Notes under the pieces: generated by a model
Seen by the model: only the letters and a program-made list of their open reading frames with translations
The model's database searches: none
What the model was told of the DNA's origin: nothing
Source of the DNA: an uncultured Candidatus Binatia bacterium
Lineage (GTDB): Bacteria; Desulfobacterota; Binatia; UBA9968; JAJDTQ01
Length of the DNA: 64,000 nt
Direction: 5' to 3'
Assembly (NCBI GenBank): GCA_965213675.1
Contig: OZ243916.1
Location: forward strand, 1,024,001-1,088,000
Position numbers and translations under genes: made by a program
In this document: positions 45,304-55,452 of the stretch, one piece after another
How the letters are laid out: each line of letters opens with the position of its first letter
Position numbering within the stretch: position 1 is the first letter of the stretch

Positions 45304-47454
45304 TCACGGGGCGAGCGTTCTGGCGATACGGAACCCGAAGTCGTCGTACCGGTTCGAGGTGGGGTTCCTGAAGCGGTTGGCGGACCGGAGGAACCTCGGA
45401 ATGTCGCCCCAGGAACCGCCGCGCAACACGCGCTGGCTGCAATCCCCACCACTCACCCAAGCACTCCCGTCAGTCGGCGCTCCTTCGTAGCTGCCGTGCC
45501 AACAGTCCTCCACCCACTCATATACATTCCCATGTACATCGTGCAATCCAAATCCGTTCGCCAGAAAACTCCCCACTGGTATCGTCCGCTTACGATAGCG
45601 CCCCTTCGAACCCAACCCGTACGTGTAGTTCCCGTCGTAGTTCGCCTGGTCCGTCCCAATCGTCGATCCCATATGAAACGGCCCTGCCGTCCCCGCTCGC
45701 GCCACATACTCCCACTCCGCCTCACTCAGTAGACGATACCCCTTCCCTGTCCGCCCCGATAACCACTCCACGTACCCCTTCGCATCCTCCCAACTCACCC
45801 TTATCACTGGACGCCGCCCTCGTCCCCATCCCCCATCATCCGGCCGATACCCCCGACACCCTCCCCCTGCTACACACGCATCCCACTCCCCAAAAGTTAC
45901 CTCATACTTCCCCACCGCAAACGCCTCCCCTATCCGCACCCGGTGACGCGGCCCCTCCTCCCTGAACCTGCCTTTTTCTCCATCCGGCGATCCCATCGTG
46001 TACTCCCCAGACGGTACCACCACCATCTCCGGACACTCCCCGCAGTCCCGAAACTCCCGCCCAGGTCGCTCCGCCTCCTGCGCTCGACGCGCCGCCTCTT
46101 CACGCGCCTTCGCCTCCTGCGCCAACCGTTCCCGCCGCTGCCGCTCCAACTCTGCCCGCTGCCGTGCCGCCGCTTCCGCCATCTCCCTTGCCCTGCGCGC
46201 CTGCTCCTGCTTCTCTCGCGCGGTCTCTTCGCCCAATACCTTCAACGCCGCACCCTGCTCGGCCGTCAATCGCCCCGTCTCCCGCAACCCCTTCGAGGCC
46301 TGCCACCGCCGAATCGCCTCCTCCGTCCGCTTGCCGAAAATCCCATCCGGTTTCCCCAGATCGAAATTCAACGACGACAACCCCTCCTGGATCAGGCGCT
46401 TCGTCGCGAGATCCCAATCCGGCTCTGCCGCCGGCGCCGGGACCCTCTGAAACTCCGGTCGGGGAGGTTGAGCGCCGGGACCCGACAACCGCGGTCGCTC
46501 CGGAAAAACGCCGTCCGCACGGGCCAACGCCAGCACTTGGTCGCCACTTCCTTGCAGCGTGGCGTTCTGGATACGCTTTTCGTTCAGCCACAAGGAGTTG
46601 GTCATGTACAATTCGAGATAGGAGATCGCCTCCTTCGCCGTCACCCTGCGGTCGCTGTTAGCGTCTGCCTTCCCGTACAGTGCGTCCAGCAGGTGGTGCG
46701 TGAACCGCCCATGCTGCGCTTCCCTGTCCCAAGTGGCGATCTGCGTGCTCCTCGCCGCGGTCAGTACTACCAACCCTGCTCCCGTTTCGGGCAGCCGCGC
46801 CTCGGACGAGACCGCCGAACCCGTCACGATCACGCCCCCATCGCTGTTGCCCGAGAAGCAGGTGTCCAGGAACACCCGCACCGACCTGACGCCCCGCAGC
46901 TTTCCCAGATTCCGGTAAAGCACCTCGAGGCTGTACCCTTCCACCCGGGCCGCGGAGACCGGCACGTCCACGGGCAAGAGATAGGGCTTCCCCTTGTGCG
47001 CGCCAGGCACGCCATACCCTTGGTCCCCGGCAGGGACGCCGTGCCCCGAATAGTACACCAACACATCCTTGTCCGAGTCCTGGTCCATGCCTCGAAGGAG
47101 CGCCAGTCGCGCCTTAAGGTCGTTCATCTCCGTGTCCGGCCCGCCCAGCACCTCCAGCATCTGCCGCCGGGTGGCGTTGGGTATGTGAATCACGTCCTCC
47201 CTGGCGTAACCGAGGACGTCCACGACGTAGCGCTTGAACGCTTCCGCGTCCCGGAGCGCGTAGTCCACGGGCGGAATGTTTCTGGACTGGTAATCCTTGT
47301 TGCCGATGATCACGGCGATGCCAGGCCGCTCGGCTTGCGCTTCCGCGCTCCAGACCGCCACGCACACCACCGCCACGACGGCCGGCAACAACCCCTCGCA
47401 AACCGACCTTGTCCAGCTTGTCCACGGTGTCGCCACGAGTTCTTTCGCCATCAC
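45304..47454 (-). CDS. Secreted caspase-like + PG-binding + coiled-coil + FGE protein; candidate DGR target 2
   Basis: YSGHG and LDTCFSG; IQEGLSSL..PDGIFGKRTEEAIRRWQ; last ~780 bp colinear and near-identical to 24764-25546. Confidence 0.9.
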   Translation of the reverse strand: MMAKELVATPWTSWTRSVCEGLLPAVVAVVCVAVWSAEAQAERPGIAVIIGNKDYQSRNIPPVDYALRDAEAFKRYVVDVLGYAREDVIHIPNATRRQMLEVLGGPDTEMNDLKARLALLRGMDQDSDKDVLVYYSGHGVPAGDQGYGVPGAHKGKPYLLPVDVPVSAARVEGYSLEVLYRNLGKLRGVRSVRVFLDTCFSGNSDGGVIVTGSAVSSEARLPETGAGLVVLTAARSTQIATWDREAQHGRFTHHLLDALYGKADANSDRRVTAKEAISYLELYMTNSLWLNEKRIQNATLQGSGDQVLALARADGVFPERPRLSGPGAQPPRPEFQRVPAPAAEPDWDLATKRLIQEGLSSLNFDLGKPDGIFGKRTEEAIRRWQASKGLRETGRLTAEQGAALKVLGEETAREKQEQARRAREMAEAAARQRAELERQRRERLAQEAKAREEAARRAQEAERPGREFRDCGECPEMVVVPSGEYTMGSPDGEKGRFREEGPRHRVRIGEAFAVGKYEVTFGEWDACVAGGGCRGYRPDDGGWGRGRRPVIRVSWEDAKGYVEWLSGRTGKGYRLLSEAEWEYVARAGTAGPFHMGSTIGTDQANYDGNYTYGLGSKGRYRKRTIPVGSFLANGFGLHDVHGNVYEWVEDCWHGSYEGAPTDGSAWVSGGDCSQRVLRGGSWGDIPRFLRSANRFRNPTSNRYDDFGFRIARTLAP
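45337..45408 (-). repeat. DGR-like variable repeat VR2
   Basis: See VR1; encodes GDIPRFLRSANRFRNPTSNRYDDF versus FDVPRNLRSANRFRYSSTYRFIDV. Confidence 0.8.
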
Positions 47455-47783
47455 GTGCAGTCTCCTTCGTTCAATCGCCGGACATCAGCTCGCCGTGAAA
47501 AAACAACACAGCGATGGACAGTTTTCAACAGGTGGCCGGCAGGTCCATTCAAAGTCGGCAAACCCTTCACGGTCCGTCCTGTCAGTCGCCCCTTTCACCG
47601 TTCGTCCTGAGCCCTTCGGGAGGCTCAGGATAGACTTCGCGGAGCGAAGTCCCAGGACGCCATCATCACCCGGCGGAACCCACTTTCACCCCCTCGTGTG
47701 CGACGCCAAACCGACATGGAAGATTGCCACGAAAGCCGGATCCATGGGCGGGTTTCGTCGGCCTGGGCGCCCCACCGCCGCCC

Positions 47784-47810
47784 CTGGATTCCCGCTTTCG
47801 CGGGAATGAC
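47784..47810. repeat. dRS3/RPE-like palindromic repeat, short form
   Basis: CTGGATTCCCGCTTTCGCGGGAATGAC, identical to 43382-43408. Confidence 0.85.
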
Positions 47811-48093
47811 GGAAGAGGGACACGGGCATGGGGAATGGTTGCACGGCCAGCAGGGTGATTTCCCAAACATGGCGATCAGGAAGAAGGGTTGCGGGGGTTG
47901 GGAAGGGTTGCGGGGGTGACGGAGAGGGGGGGCTGGACTTTCAAAGTACCCGGAGGTCGTCGGTCACGGCCATCGCCACGGCGTGGGCCGCGCGGTTTGA
48001 CACATCCCCAGCTCGCGGGCATGCTTCGGCCGTGCACTCCACCGCACGTCACGGACTGCACACCCTCACACACCCACTCCCGGGAGACGAAAC

Positions 48094-49545
48094 ATGAGCG
48101 ACGTTCGTTTTGTGGACACCACCGTGCGCGACGGCAATCAGAGCCTGTGGGCGCTGAACATGCGCACGGACGCCATGCTCGCGGTGGCGGAGCACATTGA
48201 CGAGGCCGGGTTCGAGTCGGCCGAGTTCTTCGTCACGGTGATGTTCAAGAAGCTCGTGCGCGAGCAGAAGGAAGACGCCTGGGACTGGTTCCGGCTGGGC
48301 ACCAAGCGCTTCCGCAAGACGCCGCTCAGGCTTCACGGCGGGCTCAAGCTCATCGAGAAGATCCCGGTGTGCGTGTTCGAGCTGATGATCCGGCGCATCA
48401 TGGACTACGGCATCACGCTCACGCGCACGTCCAACTCGTGGAACAACTACGAGGAGTTCGAGGTGGAGAAGGCCGGGCTCAAGAAACTCGGCATGGACAC
48501 GGTGGTGAACCTGATCTACTCGGTGTCGCCGCGCCACACCGATGAATACTACGCGCAAAAGGCGCGGGAGGCGGCGGCCCTGAACCCGGTGCGCATTTGC
48601 TTCAAGGACGTGGGCGGACTCCTCACCCTGGAGCGGGCGCGCACGCTCATTCCCATCGTGCTGGAGAACATCGGCGACACGCCGGTGGAGTTCCACGCCC
48701 ACTGCAACAACGGGTTGGCGCCGCTCTGCTATCTGGAAGCCGTGGACATGGGCCTGACCACGCTCCACACCGGCATCCCGCCGCTGGCCAACGGCTCGGC
48801 CCAACCCTCCATCTTCAACGTGGCGCGGAACCTGCGCGCCATGGGGCACAACCCGATCATCGACGAGGAGGCGCTCCGGCCGGTGAGCGAGAAGCTCCAC
48901 TACATCGCCCGGCGCGACAATCTGCCGGTGGGCCGGGTGGTGGAATACGACGAGTCCCAATACACCCACCAGGTCCCCGGCGGCATGATCTCCAATTTTC
49001 GCCACCAGCTCGCCCTCATCGACAAGCGCGACAAGCTCGACGCGATCCTGGAGGAATGCGTGCAGGTGCGCAAGGAGTGGGGCTACCCCATCATGGTGAC
49101 GCCGCTGTCCCAGTTCGTGGGCACCCAGGCGGCCATCAACGTCATCGTTGGCGAGCGCTACAAGGAAGTCACCGACCAGGCCATTCAGTACGCCCTCGGG
49201 TACTGGGGCAAGGAAGGGGCCGAGTACATGGACCCGGAGGTCAAGGACAAGATCCTGGGCCGGCCGCGCGCCAGGGAATGGGAACACTGGGAGTTGCCGG
49301 CGCCGTCCATCCAGGAAGTGCGCCGGCAGATCGGCGCCACGCATCTGTCCGACGAGGAGTTCCTGCTGTGGGTGTTTGCCGGCGAGGAGGCGGTCAAGGC
49401 CCTGCCCGACGGCGGCCGCCCCAAGGAATACCTGAGCGCCCGCACGCCGCTGGTGCGTCTGGTGGGCGAGTTGACCCGCCAGGAAAAGGCGAACCACATT
49501 CACATTCGGAAGCCGGACTTCTCGCTGACGCTGGGGCGCGCGTGA
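48094..49545 (+). CDS. Pyruvate carboxylase subunit B / oxaloacetate decarboxylase alpha-like carboxyltransferase (no biotinyl domain)
   Basis: DTTVRDGNQSL, FKDVGG, HAHCNNG, HQVPGGMISN, GYPIMVTPLSQFVGTQA. Confidence 0.88.
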   Translation: MSDVRFVDTTVRDGNQSLWALNMRTDAMLAVAEHIDEAGFESAEFFVTVMFKKLVREQKEDAWDWFRLGTKRFRKTPLRLHGGLKLIEKIPVCVFELMIRRIMDYGITLTRTSNSWNNYEEFEVEKAGLKKLGMDTVVNLIYSVSPRHTDEYYAQKAREAAALNPVRICFKDVGGLLTLERARTLIPIVLENIGDTPVEFHAHCNNGLAPLCYLEAVDMGLTTLHTGIPPLANGSAQPSIFNVARNLRAMGHNPIIDEEALRPVSEKLHYIARRDNLPVGRVVEYDESQYTHQVPGGMISNFRHQLALIDKRDKLDAILEECVQVRKEWGYPIMVTPLSQFVGTQAAINVIVGERYKEVTDQAIQYALGYWGKEGAEYMDPEVKDKILGRPRAREWEHWELPAPSIQEVRRQIGATHLSDEEFLLWVFAGEEAVKALPDGGRPKEYLSARTPLVRLVGELTRQEKANHIHIRKPDFSLTLGRA

Positions 49546-49590
49546 GGCGACTGAGGAAAGGGACGCGATGGAATTCTGGATCGTGTCGAA

Positions 49591-49767
49591 TCAGTTGACG
49601 AAAGCCTTCACCACCAAGCCAACGACGCCCGCGAGGACCAATGCCACCATCACTTCCGAACGAATCAGTCGTGATTCGAAGCTCGCGATTTCTTCCGCTG
49701 CGTCACGAGCCTTGTCGTCCGGAGCTCCGGCAGCCTTGAGCGCGTCATAGGTCTTGGACAGCATCAT
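49591..49767 (-). CDS. Small hypothetical membrane protein
   Basis: MMLSKTYDALKAAGAPDDKARDAAEEIA.. plus C-terminal TM. Confidence 0.65.
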   Translation of the reverse strand: MMLSKTYDALKAAGAPDDKARDAAEEIASFESRLIRSEVMVALVLAGVVGLVVKAFVN

Positions 49768-49888
49768 GGCCCTATTTGGATTATAGCCATTCCCGGCGCC
49801 CATGCAAAAGCCTGCGGGCAACCGGGGAAACGAGCAATTCCCCGTTTGGCCTTGATGGTTTCGGCAAGGAGCGTGGCGAGTTTGTAGA

Positions 49889-49915
49889 TTGACACGCTTC
49901 CCCCGATCCGATAAT
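49889..49915 (+). promoter_or_regulatory. Candidate sigma70 promoter
   Basis: TTGACA-15 nt-GATAAT upstream of the 49978 gene; spacer is short. Confidence 0.4.
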
Positions 49916-49977
49916 CCCCGGAAGACGGTCATCCGTCATCCGGGACCGCTCCATTCCATTCCCAGGGAGGGTACACC

Positions 49978-51090
49978 GTGACCTCAGCCAATCCCCGCCG
50001 CATCATCGACGGCGACGGCCACGTGGTCGAAGATCTCGCGGCCATCGTCGGCCACATGCCGCCGGCCTACATCGGCAAGACCTTTTCGTCCGCGCGCGCC
50101 CGGAGCCCTTTTCCGCCCATCGACCACCTGCACTCGGCCAACCGGCACTACGTTCCGGAAGGGGCCTTCGCCGATGTCGGGCCGGAGGGCTGGGAGGTGT
50201 TCCTGGAGGACGTGCGCATCGACGCCACCGTTCTCTACACCAGCGCCGGGCTGGCCTTCGGCAAGATCGTGAGCCGGGACTGGGCCATCGAGCTGGCGCG
50301 CGCCTACAACAACTGGATCCACGAGACCTACGTGGCCCGAAGCCCGCGCTTTCAGGCCATGGGCCTATTGCCGCTCCAGGAACCCAGGGCGGCGGTCGAG
50401 GAACTGCGCCGCATGGTGGAGGAGCTGGGCCTGTGCGGCGCCATGCTGCCGTCCACCGGCGCCAACATGCCGCACCTCGGCTCGGAGCGCTATTGGCCCC
50501 TCTACCAGGAGGCCGAGCGGCTGGGCTGCGCCATCGGCATCCACGGCGGCGCCCACGAAGGCATGCTCATGGACGACATGACGCCGTACGCGCCGGTGAA
50601 TGCCCTGGGCCACCCCATGGGACAGATGATCGGCTTCGCCGGCATCGTCTTCAACGGCATTCTCGACAAGTTCCCGGGGCTGCGCATCGGTTTCCTGGAG
50701 GCAGGCTGTGCCTGGCTGCTCACCTGCCTGGAACGCTTTACCAGCTCCTGGGCGAGCCACGTGCAATACGACCCCCGCGGGCGCTTCCTCAAACTCGACG
50801 ACGGCATGAACATCACGGACTACGTGTGCCGGCACATCGACGAGGACCGCATCTTCGTGGGCGTGGAGGGCGACGAACTGTCCATCGCCGAGGCCGTGCG
50901 CGTGGTGGGCAACAAGCCGTTCCTGTTCTCCTCGGACTATCCCCACGAAGTGGACGCGGCCACCTGCAAGCACGAGCTGCAGGAGCTGGAGGAGAACGCG
51001 GAACTGAGCGACGACGACAAGGACGCCATCCTTTTCCGCAATGCCCAGCGCTTCTACCGGCTGGGCGAAGGAACCGCGCAGAGGGCGTAG
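49978..51090 (+). CDS. Amidohydrolase_2 family protein
   Basis: IDGDGHVVE, ARAYNNW, IHGG, FLEAG, FSSDYPH. Confidence 0.9.
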   Translation: MTSANPRRIIDGDGHVVEDLAAIVGHMPPAYIGKTFSSARARSPFPPIDHLHSANRHYVPEGAFADVGPEGWEVFLEDVRIDATVLYTSAGLAFGKIVSRDWAIELARAYNNWIHETYVARSPRFQAMGLLPLQEPRAAVEELRRMVEELGLCGAMLPSTGANMPHLGSERYWPLYQEAERLGCAIGIHGGAHEGMLMDDMTPYAPVNALGHPMGQMIGFAGIVFNGILDKFPGLRIGFLEAGCAWLLTCLERFTSSWASHVQYDPRGRFLKLDDGMNITDYVCRHIDEDRIFVGVEGDELSIAEAVRVVGNKPFLFSSDYPHEVDAATCKHELQELEENAELSDDDKDAILFRNAQRFYRLGEGTAQRA

Positions 51091-51112
51091 GAGCGAGAAC
51101 GGGAGACCTGCT

Positions 51113-52201
51113 GTGAGCACGTTACAAGATCAGACAGTCGTGGACGGCGACGGCCACGTGGTGGAAGACCACGAGGCCATCTGGCAGCGCATGCCCGAGG
51201 ACTACCGGGGCGGCAACTGGTCCGTGCGCAGTCCCTTTGCGCCCAACGACCACCTGCATTCCACCAACCGCCATTTCGTCCCCGAAGGCGCCTTCGCCAA
51301 GGTGGGACCCGACGGCTGGGTGGAGTTCCTGGAGGACGTGGGCGTGGAACGCACGGTGCTCTACCCTTCCAACGGCCTCGCCTTCGGCCGGATCGTGAGC
51401 CGGGACTGGGCCATCGAGCTGGCGCGCGCCTACAACGACTGGATCCACGACGAGTACACCACCCGAAACCCGTGTTTTCAGGCCGTGGGGCTGATCCCGC
51501 TGCACGAGCCGGACGAAGCGGTGACGGAGCTTCGGCGCATCGTCGAGGAACTCCACTTCGCCGGCGCCGTGCTGCCGGGCACCGGCGCCAGCCAGCTTCA
51601 GAACCACTTGGGGGACGAACGTTACTGGCCCATCTACGAAGAGGCCGACCGGCTCGGCTGCGCCATCGCCATCCACGGCGGCGTGCACGACAACATGGGC
51701 CTCGACGACATGAGTCCCTACGCTCCCGTGAACGCCCTGGGGCACCCCTTCGGTCAGATGGTCAACTTCGCCGGCATCGTCTTCAACGGGGTGCTGGATC
51801 GCTACCCCAACGCCCGCTTCGGCTTCCTGGAAGCCGGCGCGGCATGGTTCGTCAACTGCCTGGAGCGGTTCGAGCGCTCCTGGAGCAGCCACGTGCAATA
51901 CGATCCCAACGGCCGCTTCCTCAAGCTCGGAGACAACGAATCGGTCACCGACTACGTGCTCAAGCACGTGGACGCGGGCCGCATCTTCGTGGGCGTGGAG
52001 GGGGACGAGCTGACCCTGCCCTTCGCCGTGCGCATCGCCGGCAACAAGCCGTTCCTCTACTCTTCGGACTTCCCCCACGAAGTGAACCACGCCACCGCCA
52101 AGGAGGAAATCCGCGAACTGCGGGAAAATCCGCGGCTCACGGAGGACGACAAGTCGGCGATTCTCCACCGCAACGCCCGGCGCTTCTACCAGCTCGGTTA
52201 G
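51113..52201 (+). CDS. Amidohydrolase_2 family protein (tandem paralogue)
   Basis: VDGDGHVVE, ARAYNDW, IHGG, FLEAG, YSSDFPH. Confidence 0.9.
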   Translation: MSTLQDQTVVDGDGHVVEDHEAIWQRMPEDYRGGNWSVRSPFAPNDHLHSTNRHFVPEGAFAKVGPDGWVEFLEDVGVERTVLYPSNGLAFGRIVSRDWAIELARAYNDWIHDEYTTRNPCFQAVGLIPLHEPDEAVTELRRIVEELHFAGAVLPGTGASQLQNHLGDERYWPIYEEADRLGCAIAIHGGVHDNMGLDDMSPYAPVNALGHPFGQMVNFAGIVFNGVLDRYPNARFGFLEAGAAWFVNCLERFERSWSSHVQYDPNGRFLKLGDNESVTDYVLKHVDAGRIFVGVEGDELTLPFAVRIAGNKPFLYSSDFPHEVNHATAKEEIRELRENPRLTEDDKSAILHRNARRFYQLG

Positions 52202-52340
52202 GGTCCCGTTCCATGGTCCAGGCGTGCATGCCCTTCGCGCAACCGACCCTTGATGGAAGGCTAGGAAGGCGAGGCCGTGGTGCGGATCGTGATCGCCTTG
52301 CCTTCGCGCAACCACATTCCCGAGTCCTGCACGGCGACTT

Positions 52341-53618
52341 GTGGTGACGCGCCGCCCGCCCCTCTCCGTCCCCTTTTTCTACGGCTGGGTGGTCGTGGCG
52401 CTGACCTTCTGCGTCAACCTCACGGCCGCCGGAACACGCTCCGCGGCCACCCTGCTCATCAAACCGCTGGAAGCGGAATTCGGCTGGAGCCGCGCCCTGG
52501 TGTCCGTCCCCGGCGCCCTGAACCTCCTCCTGTTCGGCATGGGTGCGCCGTTGGCGGGGTGGCTGGTGGACCGCTACGGCGCCCGCCGGGTGGTGTATTA
52601 TTCCCTGGGCATGGTGACGGTGGGTCTGGCGGCGACGGCGTTCATCCAGCAATGGTGGCAGCTCCTGTTCTTCTGGGGCCTCGTGGTGGGCATCGGCACC
52701 AGCGCCACCCCGGTGCTGGCCGCGTCGGTGGCCAACCACTGGTTCGTGAGGCACCGCGGCGTCACCATCGGCATTCTCACCAATGGCAACGCCGCCGGAC
52801 AGATGCTCTTTCTGCCGGTGCTCACCCTCGTCATCGGCGCCTCCGGCTGGCGCGGCAGCATGCTGTTCATGGCCGCCGTCGCCTTCGGCCTGATGTTGCT
52901 GGTGTCCCTGTGGATGCGCGACGAGCCTGCGGATGTGGGCCTGGAACCGTTGGGACAACAGGACACCGGCAGCGTCGCCGCGGCCGCCCGGCGCGACGTG
53001 CCGGCGTCGGCCACCCCTGTGCGCGACGCCTTCCGCAGCTCCACCTTCTGGCTTTTGAGCGCCGGCTTCTTCGTCTGCGGGGTCACCGCCAACGGGCTCA
53101 TCGGCCTGCACCTGATACCCCATGTGGTGGAAGATCTCGGCATCGCGCCGGTAATCGCCAGCCTTGTGGTCGGGGTCATGGGGGGCATCAGCTTCATCGG
53201 CACCATTGGCGCCGGCTGGCTTGTGGACCGGGTGGACGCGCGCAAGGTACTGGCCTTGGCGTACTTTCTGCGCGGCTGCGCGCTGTTCCTGCTGCCCTTC
53301 GTCGACAGCCTGCCGGGATTGATCTTGTTCGCCACGGTGTACGGCATCGACTGGTACGCCACCGGTCCCGCCACCACCGCCATCGCCGCGGACACCTTCG
53401 GCCGGTACGCGGTGGCGCGGATCTTCGGCTGGATCTTCCTGGCCCACCAACTCGGCGCCAGCACCGCGGGCAACCTCGCCGGCGTGGTCTACGACGCCTT
53501 CGGCGAGTACCAATACGCGTTTCTCGCCGGCGCCACCATGGCGCTCATCGCGGCGGCGCTGGTGATGCAGATCACGCCCAAGACCGCGCCTTTGACCCCG
53601 GCCGCGGGCACGGCGTGA
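52341..53618 (+). CDS. MFS transporter
   Basis: FFYGWVVV, GWLVDRYGAR motif A, 12 TM. Confidence 0.9.
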   Translation: MVTRRPPLSVPFFYGWVVVALTFCVNLTAAGTRSAATLLIKPLEAEFGWSRALVSVPGALNLLLFGMGAPLAGWLVDRYGARRVVYYSLGMVTVGLAATAFIQQWWQLLFFWGLVVGIGTSATPVLAASVANHWFVRHRGVTIGILTNGNAAGQMLFLPVLTLVIGASGWRGSMLFMAAVAFGLMLLVSLWMRDEPADVGLEPLGQQDTGSVAAAARRDVPASATPVRDAFRSSTFWLLSAGFFVCGVTANGLIGLHLIPHVVEDLGIAPVIASLVVGVMGGISFIGTIGAGWLVDRVDARKVLALAYFLRGCALFLLPFVDSLPGLILFATVYGIDWYATGPATTAIAADTFGRYAVARIFGWIFLAHQLGASTAGNLAGVVYDAFGEYQYAFLAGATMALIAAALVMQITPKTAPLTPAAGTA

Positions 53619-53714
53619 CGGCCCACTGAAGAGCGGCAACGCCGCGCCCCAGCCCTTTTGACGGCTCGGACCGGCGCCACGGAAATCGATCGACGAGAAT
53701 CATACGGAGGCCCC

Positions 53715-54725
53715 ATGCAACTACCGCCCATCGCCGCCACCACCATCGGCAGCTTCCCGCGACCGCGGTGGCTGGCCACCGCCGTCCGCAGCACGGTGAC
53801 GTTCAACCTCGATGGCGAGCTGCTCCAGGAAGGACTGGATGACGCCACCACCGTGGCCATCCGCGATCAGGAGCGCGCCGGCCTTGACCTCGTCACCGAC
53901 GGCGAGCAGCGCCGGCCGCACTTCATCGACCACATCCTGAACTCCATGCACGGCGTGGACACGGTGAACCGTGTGGCCAAGGGCGTGTACCGGCGGCGCG
54001 AGGAGGTGCACCAGGTGCCGCGGGTGCATGGCCCCATCAGCCGGCGGGTTCCCGCCGTCGTGGAGGACCTGCGCTTCGCCAAGGCGCGCACGGACCGACC
54101 CGTGAAGATGGCGGTGCCCGGCCCCATGACCGTTATCGACAGCACACTGGACGAACACTACGGCGACGAGGCCGCCATGGCCATGGATGTGGCCGCGGTG
54201 CTGAACGCCGAGTTGCGCGACCTCCAGGCGGCGGGCGCGGACGTGTTACAGATCGACGAGCCCGCCATGACCCGTTACCACGAGAAGGTGGCCGACTACG
54301 GCGCCCGCGCCCTCGACCGCTGCGTCGAGGGCATCACCATCCCCACCGTCGTGCACCTGTGCTACGGCTATCCCGGCGGCAAGAGCCTGCAGCACGAGTA
54401 CGAGTACCCGGAACTGTTCCCCTTGCTGCTGGAAACCGGCATCGGCGGCTTCGCCGTGGAATTCGCCCGCAGCCACTACGACCCGGCCATCCTCGAACCG
54501 TGCAAGGAGCGCCTCGTCATGTTCGGCGCCGTCGACCCCAGCGACGTCCCGGCGCCCCCGGTGGACACCGTGGTGACGCGAATACGCGAGGTGCTCCGCT
54601 ACCTCGACCCCGACAAGCTCCTGCTGGCGCCCGACTGCGGCCTCATGACGGTCAGCCGCGAGTTGGCCTTCGCCAAGGCCAGCCTGCTTGCGGACGCCGC
54701 CGCGGAGCTGCGCCGGACGCTGTGA
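53715..54725 (+). CDS. Cobalamin-independent methionine synthase-like protein (catalytic domain only)
   Basis: TTIGSFPRP, TDGEQRR, LQIDEP, HLCYG, APDCG zinc ligands. Confidence 0.88.
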   Translation: MQLPPIAATTIGSFPRPRWLATAVRSTVTFNLDGELLQEGLDDATTVAIRDQERAGLDLVTDGEQRRPHFIDHILNSMHGVDTVNRVAKGVYRRREEVHQVPRVHGPISRRVPAVVEDLRFAKARTDRPVKMAVPGPMTVIDSTLDEHYGDEAAMAMDVAAVLNAELRDLQAAGADVLQIDEPAMTRYHEKVADYGARALDRCVEGITIPTVVHLCYGYPGGKSLQHEYEYPELFPLLLETGIGGFAVEFARSHYDPAILEPCKERLVMFGAVDPSDVPAPPVDTVVTRIREVLRYLDPDKLLLAPDCGLMTVSRELAFAKASLLADAAAELRRTL

Positions 54726-54766
54726 CGGCACGACGGGCGCCCACCGCATCCCTACGGACGTCAACG

Positions 54767-55273
54767 ATGTACCGCGCCGTGAAACTCCCCGACCCCATTG
54801 CCGGCCGTCTCTACGTCGGCAGCATGCCCGGACGCTACGAAGCGTTCCAGGACGCATGGCGCGCCATCATCGACCACGGCATCACGCGCGTCATCTGTCT
54901 CGTGCCCCCGGAGGAACTGCGCGACAAGTCGCCGCGCTACGCCCACGCCCTTGACGAGACCGGAACGCCGTGGGTGCACGAGAGCTTCCCCGTCGAGGAT
55001 TTCGAGGCTCCCGTGGACCGTGACGCGTTCTGGCAAATGGCCCGCAAGGCCGCCAAGCTCCTCGGCGAAGGCGAAACTCTACTGGTGCACTGCGCCGCCG
55101 GCATCGGCCGCACCGGCATGTTCGGTGTATGCGTGCTGCTGGCCCTGGGCGTGACCCCGGCCGCGGCGCGCGCGGCACTGCGCAAGGTCGGCTCCGCCCC
55201 GGAGAACGCCGCCCAGGACGCCGTGATCCAATGGGCCGCGGAACTCCTTCACCGGTCGAAGATGGCGGGCTGA
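54767..55273 (+). CDS. Dual-specificity/tyrosine protein phosphatase family
   Basis: FPVEDF loop and HCAAGIGRTG (CX5R). Confidence 0.88.
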   Translation: MYRAVKLPDPIAGRLYVGSMPGRYEAFQDAWRAIIDHGITRVICLVPPEELRDKSPRYAHALDETGTPWVHESFPVEDFEAPVDRDAFWQMARKAAKLLGEGETLLVHCAAGIGRTGMFGVCVLLALGVTPAAARAALRKVGSAPENAAQDAVIQWAAELLHRSKMAG

Positions 55274-55338
55274 AAGCGCGTGGAAGGGAAATCAGCGGCC
55301 AGTTGACAGATTCCGAGGCCCGGGCCATCATTCAGGGT

Positions 55339-55452
55339 ATGGATACGCGGCAAGCCGCCAGGATACTGCAAGGAGCCGGCTTCAACGAGGCCCAGGCGGC
55401 GGCCGTCGTCCACACCATCCGATATCGAGCTCCGCGGAGGACATGCCAATGA
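55339..55452 (+). pseudogene. Remnant of a DUF1640-like gene
   Basis: MDTRQAARILQGAGFNEAQAAAVV resembles FDTHRFVKRLTESGFTEKQAETL of the 39697 gene. Confidence 0.45.
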
